Source: a virus
Lineage: Duplodnaviria; Caudoviricetes
Direction: 5' to 3' (one strand)
Virus record (IMG/VR): IMGVR_UViG_3300016484_000074
Coordinates: 1 to 35,155 of that record
DNA length: 35,155 nucleotides
The notes under the pieces: model-generated
The model's database searches: none
The model's input: only the letters and a program-made list of their open reading frames with translations
Told to the model about the DNA's origin: nothing
Shown here: piece by piece, positions 1 to 9,488 of the stretch
Layout: the number at the start of each line of letters is the position of its first letter
Position numbering within the stretch: the stretch's first letter is position 1
Position numbers and translations under genes: made by a program

Positions 1-16
1 CGTGAGATGGAGATGA
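1..16 (+). repeat. Terminal direct repeat CGTGAGATGGAGATGA, copy at 35140-35155
   Basis: The first 16 nt equal the last 16 nt, most likely a circular-assembly overlap. Confidence 0.9.
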
Positions 17-333
17 AGTTGGCTCACATGAAGATGATGACCGAGCGCAACACCCAGCTTTTATTGGCTTACGTCAACAACGGTGCAAAGATCGAAACAG
101 CCCGTATATCGGCTGGCGTTGATGATGGCAAACAAGCCTATGATGAATATCAAAACGATGCGGATATGGCTGCCGCTATGGAACATCCACTGGCTCCGAT
201 TGCTAACGCTATCGCCCAAGGAAATCAGCAAATGACTGACACTTTAAGTGCTTTAATTGATAAACTAAACGCACCCAAGCAAGTCGTGCGTGGGCCTGAT
301 GGCAAAGTTGTGGGAGTCGTAAATGGCCAGTAA
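7..333 (+). CDS. C-terminal segment of the portal protein, continuing 33230..35155 across the junction
   Basis: The frame is open from nt 1 (REMEMKLAHMK), continues the Q/M-rich coiled coil of the portal and ends APKQVVRGPDGKVVGV. Confidence 0.75.
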   Translation: MEMKLAHMKMMTERNTQLLLAYVNNGAKIETARISAGVDDGKQAYDEYQNDADMAAAMEHPLAPIANAIAQGNQQMTDTLSALIDKLNAPKQVVRGPDGKVVGVVNGQ

Positions 334-727
334 CCTTAAATATTCCAACGGCACACGTGATGCCCAGCAAAATGGGCTTATTACCTATGCAGGATCAGGT
401 TGCCTTATCAATATATACCAAGGAACACAGCCTGCCAATGCCAACACAGCGATTTCTACACAGACTTTGCTGGTTAGTCTGCCGATCTCTGGCTCTTTTG
501 GTACGGATTCCAATGGCACGATCACGATTGGTGCTGTGACCAGCGCACAAGCTGTAGCTACTGGAACTGCTCAATTCTTCCGCATATTTAAATCTGATGC
601 GACAACCGTTGTTATGGATGGTTCAGTAGGCACAAGCGATGCTGACATGATTTTGAACAACACCAGCATAGCCATTACCCAAACTGTAACCATTACTTCA
701 GGCACGATTATTAGGGCCAACCAATGA
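323..727 (+). CDS. Putative virion structural protein
   Basis: 134 aa, rich in T/S/G and predicted beta strands, overlapping the portal end within the structural operon. Confidence 0.6.
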   Translation: MASNLKYSNGTRDAQQNGLITYAGSGCLINIYQGTQPANANTAISTQTLLVSLPISGSFGTDSNGTITIGAVTSAQAVATGTAQFFRIFKSDATTVVMDGSVGTSDADMILNNTSIAITQTVTITSGTIIRANQ

Positions 728-2385
728 CAGTAACCGTAAAACACCCGTTTGTAAGCACCGTACCTGATAGCGCAGACACTAGCTTAGTACGGCCTTCTAA
801 TTGGAATGCTGACCATACCGTATTAGGCTTGGGTACGGCTGCCGAATTAAACGCTGGTGTAGCGTTAGGCGTTGCTACGCTAGATGCCAGCGGTAAAGTG
901 CCTATTAGCGAAATACCTGATGCCGTTATTGGCGCATTAAATTATCAAGGTACATGGAATGCCAGCACAAACACTCCTACCCTTATATCTTCTGTAGGAG
1001 TTAAAGGTTATTACTATGTAGTTAATGTTGCAGGAACAACAAACCTTAACGGAATTACAGACTGGCAAATTGGTGATTGGGCGGTATTTGATGGTCTTAT
1101 TTGGGAAAAAATAGACAATACCGATGGCGTAACCAGCGTTAACGGCCTTACTGGAGCAGTAGTGTTAACCACTACTAACATTGCTGAAGGCACAAACGAA
1201 TACTTTACAACTTCCCGTGCAAGAACTTCTATTTCTGCTGGCACAGGCATTAGTTATGACAATTCCACTGGCGTAATTACCAATACAGCCCCAAGTTTAG
1301 GCGGTGATGTAGTCGGCCCAGCAAGTGCTACAGACAATGCAATAGCCCGTTTTGACACCACAACTGGCAAATTGATTCAAAACAGCGTGGTAACAGTAAG
1401 TGATACAGGTGTTATTGCTGGCGCACCATCTATTTCAAACATTAACTTTGTTGATTTTGATACTACTTACGCCACTACCTTAACTGAAGGGCAATTAGGC
1501 TGGGATGGCAACAATACCCTTGCTTTAGGTATGTATGGCGGTAATGTTATTCAGCATATTGGTGAAGATTCTTATTTTTACATTAAGGCTTCATCCGCTA
1601 TTACTAAAGGTCAGTTAATCATGTTTACTGGCGCAGTAGGCGCAAGTGGCGTATTAACTGGCGCACCGTCTACTGGGGTAACAAATCCCCAATACATTAT
1701 GGGTGTTGCTGCTGAAAGCATAGCTTTAAACGGCTTTGGTTTAGTTCAATGGTTTGGCGAATTAACCAATGTCAATACCAATAGCTTTAACGAAGGCGAT
1801 ATTTTGTATTACGATTCTGCCGTAACAGGTGGATTAACCAATGTCTACCCTACAAGCGGAATTATTGTCCAAGTTGCTGCTGTAGCTAAAAAATCAGCAG
1901 GTGGTGGCGTAATCTATATTCGTGTTTCGGTAACCCAACGATTAACAGCAGGAACAGCTATTTCTGTATCACAGAACGGCACAGGCACAAGCATTACCAA
2001 TACAGGTGTAACTTCTGCCGTAGCAGGCACAGGAATAAGCGTAAGCGGTGCAACTGGCGCAGTAACCATTACAAACATTGCCCCTGACCAAACCGTAGCG
2101 ATTACAGCAGGTACAGGCATTAGCGTTAGTGGCACTTACCCAAGCTTTACTATTGCCAATAGCGGTGTAACTAGCTTAACTGGTACAGCAAGCCAAGTAA
2201 CAGTTTCAGCATCAACTGGCGCAATTACTTTAAGCTTGCCCAGCACCATAAATGTAAACACAAGTGGCAATGCCGCAACGGTTACAAACGGAGTTTATAC
2301 AACAGGAAGTTATGCCGACCCTACTTGGATAACTAGCCTTGCAGGTAGTAAAATCACTGGAACAATTGACGGTGGAACTTTTTAA
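724..2385 (+). CDS. Fibre or spike-like virion protein
   Basis: 553 aa, G/T/V-rich, with repeated GVTS..AGTGISVSG motifs, GVATLDASGKVP, and a C-terminal IDGGTF. Confidence 0.75.
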   Translation: MTVTVKHPFVSTVPDSADTSLVRPSNWNADHTVLGLGTAAELNAGVALGVATLDASGKVPISEIPDAVIGALNYQGTWNASTNTPTLISSVGVKGYYYVVNVAGTTNLNGITDWQIGDWAVFDGLIWEKIDNTDGVTSVNGLTGAVVLTTTNIAEGTNEYFTTSRARTSISAGTGISYDNSTGVITNTAPSLGGDVVGPASATDNAIARFDTTTGKLIQNSVVTVSDTGVIAGAPSISNINFVDFDTTYATTLTEGQLGWDGNNTLALGMYGGNVIQHIGEDSYFYIKASSAITKGQLIMFTGAVGASGVLTGAPSTGVTNPQYIMGVAAESIALNGFGLVQWFGELTNVNTNSFNEGDILYYDSAVTGGLTNVYPTSGIIVQVAAVAKKSAGGGVIYIRVSVTQRLTAGTAISVSQNGTGTSITNTGVTSAVAGTGISVSGATGAVTITNIAPDQTVAITAGTGISVSGTYPSFTIANSGVTSLTGTASQVTVSASTGAITLSLPSTINVNTSGNAATVTNGVYTTGSYADPTWITSLAGSKITGTIDGGTF

Positions 2386-2394
2386 GGAAAAATT

Positions 2395-4152
2395 ATGGCC
2401 GTAACATTAAAGACTAAAAACAGCGTAGTTACTACTACTGTCCCATCAAGCTTGGCGCAGGGTGAACTTGCCGTCAATATTACAGACAAGAAGATTTGGG
2501 TAGGTAACGCTTCCACCACCCCAGTGCTAATTAGCGACTATTCAGGGTCAATTATTGGTGGTTCAAATACTCAAGTTCAATACAACAGTTCAGGTGCTTT
2601 TGCTGGTTCTGCTAACTTTACCTTTAACGGCACTACAGTAACTATTGCTAATGATGCTTCTATATCAGGTCTTACTGTTGGTAAGGGCGGTGGTGCTGTT
2701 GCTACTGGAACAGCTTTAGGCTATCAAGCGTTAAACTCAAATTCTAGCGGAACAGTTAATACGGCTGTAGGCTATCAGGCTGGTTACACAAACACAACCA
2801 ATGCTTTAACTGCTGTCGGTTATCGTGCTGGTTATTTATACAATTCTGGTTCAGAAACAACTGGAAGTGTATTTGTTGGTTATTCTGCTGGTTCTGCTAC
2901 TACAACAGGTCATGATAATTCTTTTGTTGGTGGAAGTGTAGCTACAGCAAATACAAGCGGTTCATACAATACTGCTTTAGGTAATTCTGCATTAGCAAGC
3001 AACACCACCGCCTCTAACAACACAGCAGTAGGTTATCAGGCTGGATATAGTAATACTACTGGGTATTCTCAAGCAATCTTTGGTTATCAAGCTGGTTATA
3101 CAAACAGCACAGGTGTAGCAAATACTTTTATTGGTAATTCAGCAGGGTATTCAGCAACTGGTGGATATAACACTTTTATTGGTCAATCTGCTGGTGATTC
3201 AGTTTCTTCAGGAACTAAAAACACAATTCTTGGTCGCTATTCAGGCAACCAAGGTGGTCTAGACATCCGCACAGCAAATAACTACATTGTGCTGTCTGAT
3301 GGTGATGGGAATCCTAGACAAGTAATTGACGGTAGCGGTAATGTAGGTATTGGTGGAACACCTGTAAGCCTTGCAAGCACAAAAATATTGACTGTTACAG
3401 ACGCAACTGAAGCTAGGATTCAACTTCAAAATACAGCGTCAGGGTCAACATCTGCTGATGGTGTTTCTTTGGCTATTAATGGTACTGATTTTTATGTAAA
3501 TAATAGAGAAAACGGCAACATTATTACTTATGTTAATGGTTCAGAGCGTATGCGTATTGACTCTAGTGGTAATTTGTTGGTTGGGACTACTTCAGTTTTA
3601 AATGGAAACACTAAATTAAGTGTCTATCAAAACGGGCCTTCTGTAAATTGTATCTGGGCTCAAAATGCAGCAACAAATGACGGAGCTACTAAAATTGTTG
3701 CAACAACTGGTCAGACAACAGCTTCGTCTGCACATTTTTTCTATGATGCTGGCTATAACTTCCCAACAAGTTTTACAAGGGCTTTTGCGGTTCGTGGTGA
3801 TGGTGTAATTTTTGCATTAAATACAACAATTCAATCACTTTCTGACAAGCGTTTAAAAGAAAATATTGTTGATTCTCAAGATGGATTAAACATCATACAA
3901 GGGTTACGCCCTGTTCGTTTTGATTGGAAAAAAGAAACTGGAATAGAAAAAACAAATCAACTTGGCTTTATTGCCCAAGAAGTAGAGCAAGTGTTTCCTG
4001 AGGCAGTAGATAAATATTCAAATAACGAAGATAACACTATTGAATACAAATCGGTTGGTTCTGGGGCATTTATTCCTGTTTTAGTTAAAGCAATTCAAGA
4101 ACTCAACGCTAAAGTAACTGCATTAGAAACACAGTTAGCAGCAAAAGGGTAA
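2395..4152 (+). CDS. Tail fibre / receptor-binding protein with C-terminal intramolecular chaperone (peptidase S74)
   Basis: N-terminal LAQGELAVNITDKKIWVG fibre domain, NTAVGYQAG-type repeats, ERMRIDSSGN, and the S74 signature SDKRLKENI...GFIAQEVEQVFPEAV...LVKAIQEL. Confidence 0.88.
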   Translation: MAVTLKTKNSVVTTTVPSSLAQGELAVNITDKKIWVGNASTTPVLISDYSGSIIGGSNTQVQYNSSGAFAGSANFTFNGTTVTIANDASISGLTVGKGGGAVATGTALGYQALNSNSSGTVNTAVGYQAGYTNTTNALTAVGYRAGYLYNSGSETTGSVFVGYSAGSATTTGHDNSFVGGSVATANTSGSYNTALGNSALASNTTASNNTAVGYQAGYSNTTGYSQAIFGYQAGYTNSTGVANTFIGNSAGYSATGGYNTFIGQSAGDSVSSGTKNTILGRYSGNQGGLDIRTANNYIVLSDGDGNPRQVIDGSGNVGIGGTPVSLASTKILTVTDATEARIQLQNTASGSTSADGVSLAINGTDFYVNNRENGNIITYVNGSERMRIDSSGNLLVGTTSVLNGNTKLSVYQNGPSVNCIWAQNAATNDGATKIVATTGQTTASSAHFFYDAGYNFPTSFTRAFAVRGDGVIFALNTTIQSLSDKRLKENIVDSQDGLNIIQGLRPVRFDWKKETGIEKTNQLGFIAQEVEQVFPEAVDKYSNNEDNTIEYKSVGSGAFIPVLVKAIQELNAKVTALETQLAAKG

Positions 4153-4188
4153 TCCGCTTCCCTTTAAGCGGTATTTTAGGAGAATGTC

Positions 4189-4404
4189 ATGGGACAAGAT
4201 AAAAAGACCCCCATTACTATCAACGAAGTAGATTACTTTTTTGAAGATTTAACCAAAGAACAGCAAACGCTGTTTAATCATTGCGTTGACCTTGACCGCA
4301 AGTTAAGTTCAGCCCAATTTAACCTTGACCAGCTTGCCGTTGGCAAGGAAGCTTTTATTAAGCGTTTAGAAGAATCACTGGCTAAAGTGGAAGTAGTACA
4401 GTAA
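4189..4404 (+). CDS. Hypothetical small coiled-coil protein, possibly a fibre assembly factor
   Basis: Has an AGGAG RBS and directly follows the fibre gene. Confidence 0.6.
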   Translation: MGQDKKTPITINEVDYFFEDLTKEQQTLFNHCVDLDRKLSSAQFNLDQLAVGKEAFIKRLEESLAKVEVVQ

Positions 4405-5000
4405 TGACCACTGGGTTTCAACCGAATGGCTTTCAAAGTAATGCCTTTCAGGTTGACCCCATTACGGGGTACATTCTTACCACTGATAACAACGACACCG
4501 CCCTATTTAACGGGGCGGTAGTCCAACCTTCAGGGTACATAGATACTACCGACAGCAACGATACCTGTAATATCCAAGGCACAGTGGGTGAAGGCCCACA
4601 AATGGATATGCACGACGGTTTTACGCCTGAAGAAATCCGCAGAGCAAAACGCCTTGATGCCAAGATCGCCGAGCGTCAACGCAAACTGATCGAAGCACAA
4701 AAATTACAGAACCAACAGCGCAAGCAAGCGATCAGAGATTTAGTTGATCCACGCCCTGTTGCAAAAGTTAAGAAAACTAAAGTAGAATCTGCACAAGAGG
4801 TTAAAGCTGATATACCGTTAGCTGAAACAGAAGAGTTGCAACGGTCTATACGCTACCTTGAAAACCAAAGGAACAATCTCCTTCAGGCGGTGGCCTATAG
4901 AAATGAGATGGCTAGAATTCAAGCCCATCTTGCGATACTGGAAGCCAAGCGTCTAGAGGATTTAGACGAAGAGGAATCCGTATTAGCACTCCTACTATAA
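4404..5000 (+). CDS. Hypothetical protein
   Basis: TAATG coupling, N-terminal FQxNxFQ repeats and a C-terminal coiled coil ending DEEESVLALLL. Confidence 0.7.
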   Translation: MTTGFQPNGFQSNAFQVDPITGYILTTDNNDTALFNGAVVQPSGYIDTTDSNDTCNIQGTVGEGPQMDMHDGFTPEEIRRAKRLDAKIAERQRKLIEAQKLQNQQRKQAIRDLVDPRPVAKVKKTKVESAQEVKADIPLAETEELQRSIRYLENQRNNLLQAVAYRNEMARIQAHLAILEAKRLEDLDEEESVLALLL

Positions 5001-5035
5001 GTGCCAGCGCACAGTACAAACTAGCCTACGATCAC

Positions 5036-5890
5036 TTGCACGCAGGGCGTTATGAGCAGGGTTTTCGCCTTTTTGAATATAGATGGCATCCTGAGATCAT
5101 CGCCCAGCAAACGCAAGGCTATGGCCCATCCTTGGATCTTCCTGTTTGGCGTGGTGAGTCTTTGCTTGGCAAGTCCATCACCGTTCAAATGGAGCAAGGT
5201 TTTGGTGATATTTTGCAATTTGCCCGTTTTTTGCCTGCTTTAAAGGCTATGGGCGCAAAAAAGGTCGTTGTTTTGCAAGAAGGCACATTACACCACCTTT
5301 TGGGGCAAATCGAAGCGGTTGACGTCTTTACAAACGATTTAAGAAGCGGTGCTGCACTGGAATCGGATTATTGGATAGGATCGCTTTCTTTGCCTTATTA
5401 CATAAGCTTGGCACATCCCCTTGTAAAAGCCATGTTTCCCGTCACAAAGGCGAAAATCGTCGGTTCTGAGGGCTATTTACACGCCCAGCCGTCCAATATT
5501 CCTCCAAAAATCGGGGTAAATTGGGAAGCTTCCAAACAAGTCCTGTATTACATCAAATCTATCGACATGAGGGAGATGGAAAAGCTTACAGGATCAGATT
5601 GTTATAGCCTAAATCCCAAAACTGAGGGCATTTTTAGCCCTTTACCCGATGATGGCTGGAAAACCAACTGGGTCAAAACAGCGAGCCACATGAAGGCTTG
5701 TAAGGGGATTGTGACCGTAGATACGGGGACAGCCCATCTTGCTGGGGCTTTGGGCGTGAAAACCATCGTTTTATTGCCAAAAGAGGAGTTTGTCTGTTGG
5801 CGTTGGAAGAATGGTCGCTGGTATGACTCTGTCATCGCCCTGCGTCCTGATGAATATCACAAAGTGCCTGATTTGATAAGGAGGATGTAA
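5036..5890 (+). CDS. GT-B glycosyltransferase (GT9 / heptosyltransferase-like) with an N-terminal TPR-like helix; true start probably upstream of 5036
   Basis: Motifs FEYRW, WRGESLLGKSI, EQGFGDILQFARF, VTVDTGTAHLAGALG and WRW...WYDS. Confidence 0.8.
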   Translation: MHAGRYEQGFRLFEYRWHPEIIAQQTQGYGPSLDLPVWRGESLLGKSITVQMEQGFGDILQFARFLPALKAMGAKKVVVLQEGTLHHLLGQIEAVDVFTNDLRSGAALESDYWIGSLSLPYYISLAHPLVKAMFPVTKAKIVGSEGYLHAQPSNIPPKIGVNWEASKQVLYYIKSIDMREMEKLTGSDCYSLNPKTEGIFSPLPDDGWKTNWVKTASHMKACKGIVTVDTGTAHLAGALGVKTIVLLPKEEFVCWRWKNGRWYDSVIALRPDEYHKVPDLIRRM

Positions 5891-6282
5891 TGGCATTGGT
5901 CAAAATTACGGTTACTTGCCCACATTGCAAGGTAGATCACGAGGAATGGGATCACAGTCAAATGGACGATCGTGAGAAATATCTTGCCTACTGGCATTTG
6001 CCTTTTGATGGGCCTGAAGCCGAGGAAGCTTGGAAACAAAAGCTGGAAATGAAGCCACGGGAGGCTCCGATGGTGCAATCAGACATTGGCGGCTATATCA
6101 GCCAAGTGGACGGATCATGGATTGACAGCCGTTCTAAGCACAGAAATCACCTTAAACAGCATGGAATGATTGAGCTGGGCAACGATTACATGAAATCCAA
6201 CAAACCCATAGAATTAAGCCGCAAAGACAACGAATCTCGCAAACGAGTTCTTGCCGAAGTAGCTGACGCTAAACTTAGATAA
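5890..6282 (+). CDS. Hypothetical protein with a CxxC motif, upstream of the scaffold gene
   Basis: CPHC and YISQVDGSWIDSRSKHRNHLKQHGMIELGND, with TAATG coupling. Confidence 0.7.
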   Translation: MALVKITVTCPHCKVDHEEWDHSQMDDREKYLAYWHLPFDGPEAEEAWKQKLEMKPREAPMVQSDIGGYISQVDGSWIDSRSKHRNHLKQHGMIELGNDYMKSNKPIELSRKDNESRKRVLAEVADAKLR

Positions 6283-6294
6283 GGAGCAGTAAAC

Positions 6295-7401
6295 ATGGCA
6301 GACAACATCAGAGATGCGCTTGAAGCGGCAATGGATGCGGCAGAAGAGGGCACATTAGAAACCCCAGTCGAAAAGGAGATCGAAGTAAATGAAGATTCAA
6401 TCCAAGCCGAAAGCCAAGACAACGCCAGCGAAGAAGACAACACGCCAAGCCGTGACGAAAAAGGTCGCTTCAAAGGTAAGTCCGAAGAAGCCAGTAGCCA
6501 AGACCATCAAGTTGAAGAACCTGAACTGGTGGCAGAAACTACTGCTCAAACTCAAGAGCCTGATGTAGAGCCTACTCGCCCAACCACATGGAAAAAAGAG
6601 TATGTGGAAGTATGGGAAAAAATGAAAGGCGGACAGCCTTTAAGTCGTGAGGACTTTAACAAGTTTGCCGAATATGCCAACCAGCGTGAAGCTGAATATA
6701 AGCGTGGTGTATCTGCCTACAAAGCTGAAGCTGACAATGCTCGTGTTTTGACGGAAGCCATCGGGCCATTCGTTCCCGAATTGCAATCGCAAGGCATTCA
6801 TCCAGCCGCATGGATTAACAATCTTGGTCGGGCGCACATGATTTTGTCAAAAGCCCCTTATGATCAAAAGGTGCAGATGTTCCATAGACTGGCGGCAGAT
6901 TATGGAATACAATTAAATCATGACAGTTTACAGATGCCTGAACAGGTGGCTGTAGACCCGTATCAACAACAGCTGATGCAACAACTGCAAATGACACAAC
7001 AGCAGGTGCAACAGTTAGCGGCGATACGTGAGCAAGAAGAGCAACAACGGTTGACCAATGAAATCAACCGAGTAGCACAAAATGTGGAGAAGTTTCCGCA
7101 CTTTGAATTGGTTAGGGAGGATATGGCTCAATTACTTGAGCGAGGTTTAGCCCCAGACCTTGAAACGGCTTACGCCAAAGCTGTGCGTATGAACGATGAA
7201 GCTTACAGGCTTGAACAGGAAAGACTCCTGAAATCAGCTAGTACCCAAGCATCTAAAGCGCAGGAAGTAGCAAGAGCCAAAGCGACCGCAGTTAGCCCAC
7301 GTTCCGTAACACCTAGCGGAGCAGTAGCCAAGACGGACGCAAAGGATAGACGTTCTTTGTTAGCTCAACAATTGGGCGAAGCCGAGAGCGGACGGGTTTA
7401 A
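6295..7401 (+). CDS. Capsid scaffolding protein
   Basis: Acidic N-terminus, RDEKGRF motif, coiled coil, located immediately before the capsid gene, AAGGAG RBS. Confidence 0.8.
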   Translation: MADNIRDALEAAMDAAEEGTLETPVEKEIEVNEDSIQAESQDNASEEDNTPSRDEKGRFKGKSEEASSQDHQVEEPELVAETTAQTQEPDVEPTRPTTWKKEYVEVWEKMKGGQPLSREDFNKFAEYANQREAEYKRGVSAYKAEADNARVLTEAIGPFVPELQSQGIHPAAWINNLGRAHMILSKAPYDQKVQMFHRLAADYGIQLNHDSLQMPEQVAVDPYQQQLMQQLQMTQQQVQQLAAIREQEEQQRLTNEINRVAQNVEKFPHFELVREDMAQLLERGLAPDLETAYAKAVRMNDEAYRLEQERLLKSASTQASKAQEVARAKATAVSPRSVTPSGAVAKTDAKDRRSLLAQQLGEAESGRV

Positions 7402-7423
7402 ATTAACTTAAAAGGATAACATC

Positions 7424-8407
7424 ATGGCATTTGCTAACTCAGCAATCACCGATATTATCGCTACCACCATTCAAAGTCGTAGCGGCGTATTGGCAGACAA
7501 CTTAACACAAAACAATGCAATTCTTCAGCGTTTGAACTCTAAAGGTAACGTTCGCCCATTCTCAGGCGGTAATGTGATCTTAGAGGAGATCTTTTACAAT
7601 GATCCAAACACTAATAATGCAAACAGCTACTCTGGCTACGAAGTTTTAAATATCACTCCTGACAGCCCTATTTCTGCGGCTCAGTTCAGCATTACTCAGT
7701 ATGCTGACTCCGTAACAATGAGCGGTCTCGAAATGTTGCAAAACAGCTCTAAAGAAGCAATCATCGACTTGTTAGACGGTCGTATGCAAGTTTCTGAAGC
7801 TCGTTTGCTTAACCGCATTTCAGGCGACATTTATGGTGATGGCACTGGTAACGGTGGTAAAAACATCACTGGTCTAGCCGCAGCTGTTCCTGTTTCAAAC
7901 ACAACTGGCACATACGGTGGTATTAATCGTGCAAACTGGGCGTTTTGGCAAAACCAAAGCTCTACAGGTGCAGATTCTTCCACAGTAATCCAAGCCGCTA
8001 TGACTGCCGCCGCTATCAAATCTGTTCGTGGCACAGACAAAGTTGACTTGATTGTTGCTGGTAACACTTTGTATCAACGTTATGTAGCTTCTTTGCAAGC
8101 TATTCAGCGTATTACTTCCGAAGAGTCAGGCGCAGCTGGTTTCGCAAGCTTGAAGTTCTACGGTGGCGGTATGTCTGCTGACGTTGTATTGGGCGGTGGT
8201 TATGGTTCACAAGAGAATGCACTTTATATGTATTTCTTGAACACTAACTACATCTTCTTACGTCCACACAAAGAGCGTAACTTTGTACCTATCGGTGGTG
8301 AGCGTCAGTCTATTAACCAAGATGCGATTGTTAAGTTGTATGGCTGGGCAGGTAATTTAACTTGCTCAAACAGCTTCTTGCAAGGCGTATTGACTGGTAC
8401 AGCTTAA
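7424..8407 (+). CDS. Major capsid protein
   Basis: 327 aa after the scaffold gene, strong RBS, codon usage suggesting high expression, and GDGTGNGGKNITGL...TYGGINR capsid-like motifs. Confidence 0.9.
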   Translation: MAFANSAITDIIATTIQSRSGVLADNLTQNNAILQRLNSKGNVRPFSGGNVILEEIFYNDPNTNNANSYSGYEVLNITPDSPISAAQFSITQYADSVTMSGLEMLQNSSKEAIIDLLDGRMQVSEARLLNRISGDIYGDGTGNGGKNITGLAAAVPVSNTTGTYGGINRANWAFWQNQSSTGADSSTVIQAAMTAAAIKSVRGTDKVDLIVAGNTLYQRYVASLQAIQRITSEESGAAGFASLKFYGGGMSADVVLGGGYGSQENALYMYFLNTNYIFLRPHKERNFVPIGGERQSINQDAIVKLYGWAGNLTCSNSFLQGVLTGTA

Positions 8408-8434
8408 TTAACCGATCATTAAAAGGAAACAATC

Positions 8435-8728
8435 ATGGCATATTCAGTAACTCCACTTAGTGGAATTGATTTGGTTAACGTAACCAATACCAACCCTAAC
8501 TCTGCTGGCACTTCAGTTCCAACTTTTGGCCCATTGGGTACAGAAGTATTTGGTTCTGACGGCAAGCGTTATGTTTTCGCACAAGCTGGTGCCGCTATCG
8601 GCGCATCTACAGCAACCTGCGTAATCAACGCTTCCACATTCCAAGTAACTTTGGGTGCTGGTACATACGTTTCAGGTGCTTCTATGGCGTCTGGTGACTA
8701 TGGCTGGTTTGCAGGAACTGGCGTTTAA
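8435..8728 (+). CDS. Putative capsid decoration / cement protein
   Basis: 97 aa directly after the capsid gene and before a terminator, containing GSDGKRYVFAQA...GDYGWF. Confidence 0.7.
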   Translation: MAYSVTPLSGIDLVNVTNTNPNSAGTSVPTFGPLGTEVFGSDGKRYVFAQAGAAIGASTATCVINASTFQVTLGAGTYVSGASMASGDYGWFAGTGV

Positions 8729-8749
8729 TCGCTTTTTGTAGTAAAAACG

Positions 8750-8785
8750 AGGGGTTACCTTAACGGGTAGCCCCTTTTGTCTTTT
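8750..8785 (+). terminator. Rho-independent terminator after the capsid and decoration genes
   Basis: AGGGGTTACC-ttaacg-GGTAGCCCCT stem followed by TTTGTCTTTT. Confidence 0.85.
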
Positions 8786-8814
8786 AACAACCTAATACCT
8801 TAGGAGAATTAAAA

Positions 8815-9486
8815 ATGGCTTTACCAAGCGATGAGCAAAACGCAGACAGCCGTCTGCAAGTAAGATTTTACAAACGTGCTGTTCAACAAGAACAGGAAAC
8901 CCTTGAAGCTGGACGCCCAATTTACAAAGAATTTGACTTTGTGCATATTTGCGTGGCTGGTGACTCCCTGACAGAAATCGACACTTATGCCACAAATGAG
9001 CATAAGAAACGCTTTCCTATCCACTGGGCGCAATATCAAAATCGTGTAGGGGCTGATGATCCGCAAGTGGTTGGAACTCCTTTGTCGGAATGGCCTATTG
9101 TCAGCAAATCCCAAGCGGAAGAGTTGCGTGGCTTGAAATTCCACACTATTGAGTCGGTTGCCAACGCTTCCGACCAACAATTGCAACGCATCGGAATGGC
9201 AGCAGGAATGTCACCGTATGCGTTTAGAGATAAGGCTATTGCCTTCTTGAACCGTGCCAACGAAAACGCAGAAGCGGACAAACGTGATTCTGAACTTGCA
9301 AAGCTTAAAGAAGAGATTGCAAAACGTGACGAAGAACTTGCCAAAAAAGAACTGGAATCAGTTAAAATGAAGGCAGAAACAGATGCGAAGCTGGCTCAAA
9401 TGCAAGAGCAAATGGCCGCTGTACTTGCCGCTGTTGGTGAAAAGAAAACCCGTAAGCCTAAGACGGAAGCCACAGAGGAAGCCTAA
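8815..9486 (+). CDS. Hypothetical protein in the head-completion region
   Basis: GGAG RBS, GTPLSEWP motif and a C-terminal coiled coil. Confidence 0.7.
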   Translation: MALPSDEQNADSRLQVRFYKRAVQQEQETLEAGRPIYKEFDFVHICVAGDSLTEIDTYATNEHKKRFPIHWAQYQNRVGADDPQVVGTPLSEWPIVSKSQAEELRGLKFHTIESVANASDQQLQRIGMAAGMSPYAFRDKAIAFLNRANENAEADKRDSELAKLKEEIAKRDEELAKKELESVKMKAETDAKLAQMQEQMAAVLAAVGEKKTRKPKTEATEEA

Positions 9487-9488
9487 TT

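Noticed and set aside
2395-4152. Diversity-generating retroelement targeting the fibre
   Set aside because: No reverse transcriptase gene and no template/variable repeat pair differing at adenines was seen.
4154-4171. Hairpin CCGCTT/AAGCGG after the fibre gene as a terminator
   Set aside because: The stem is short with a weak U-tract and lies immediately before the next RBS, which is not enough to call.
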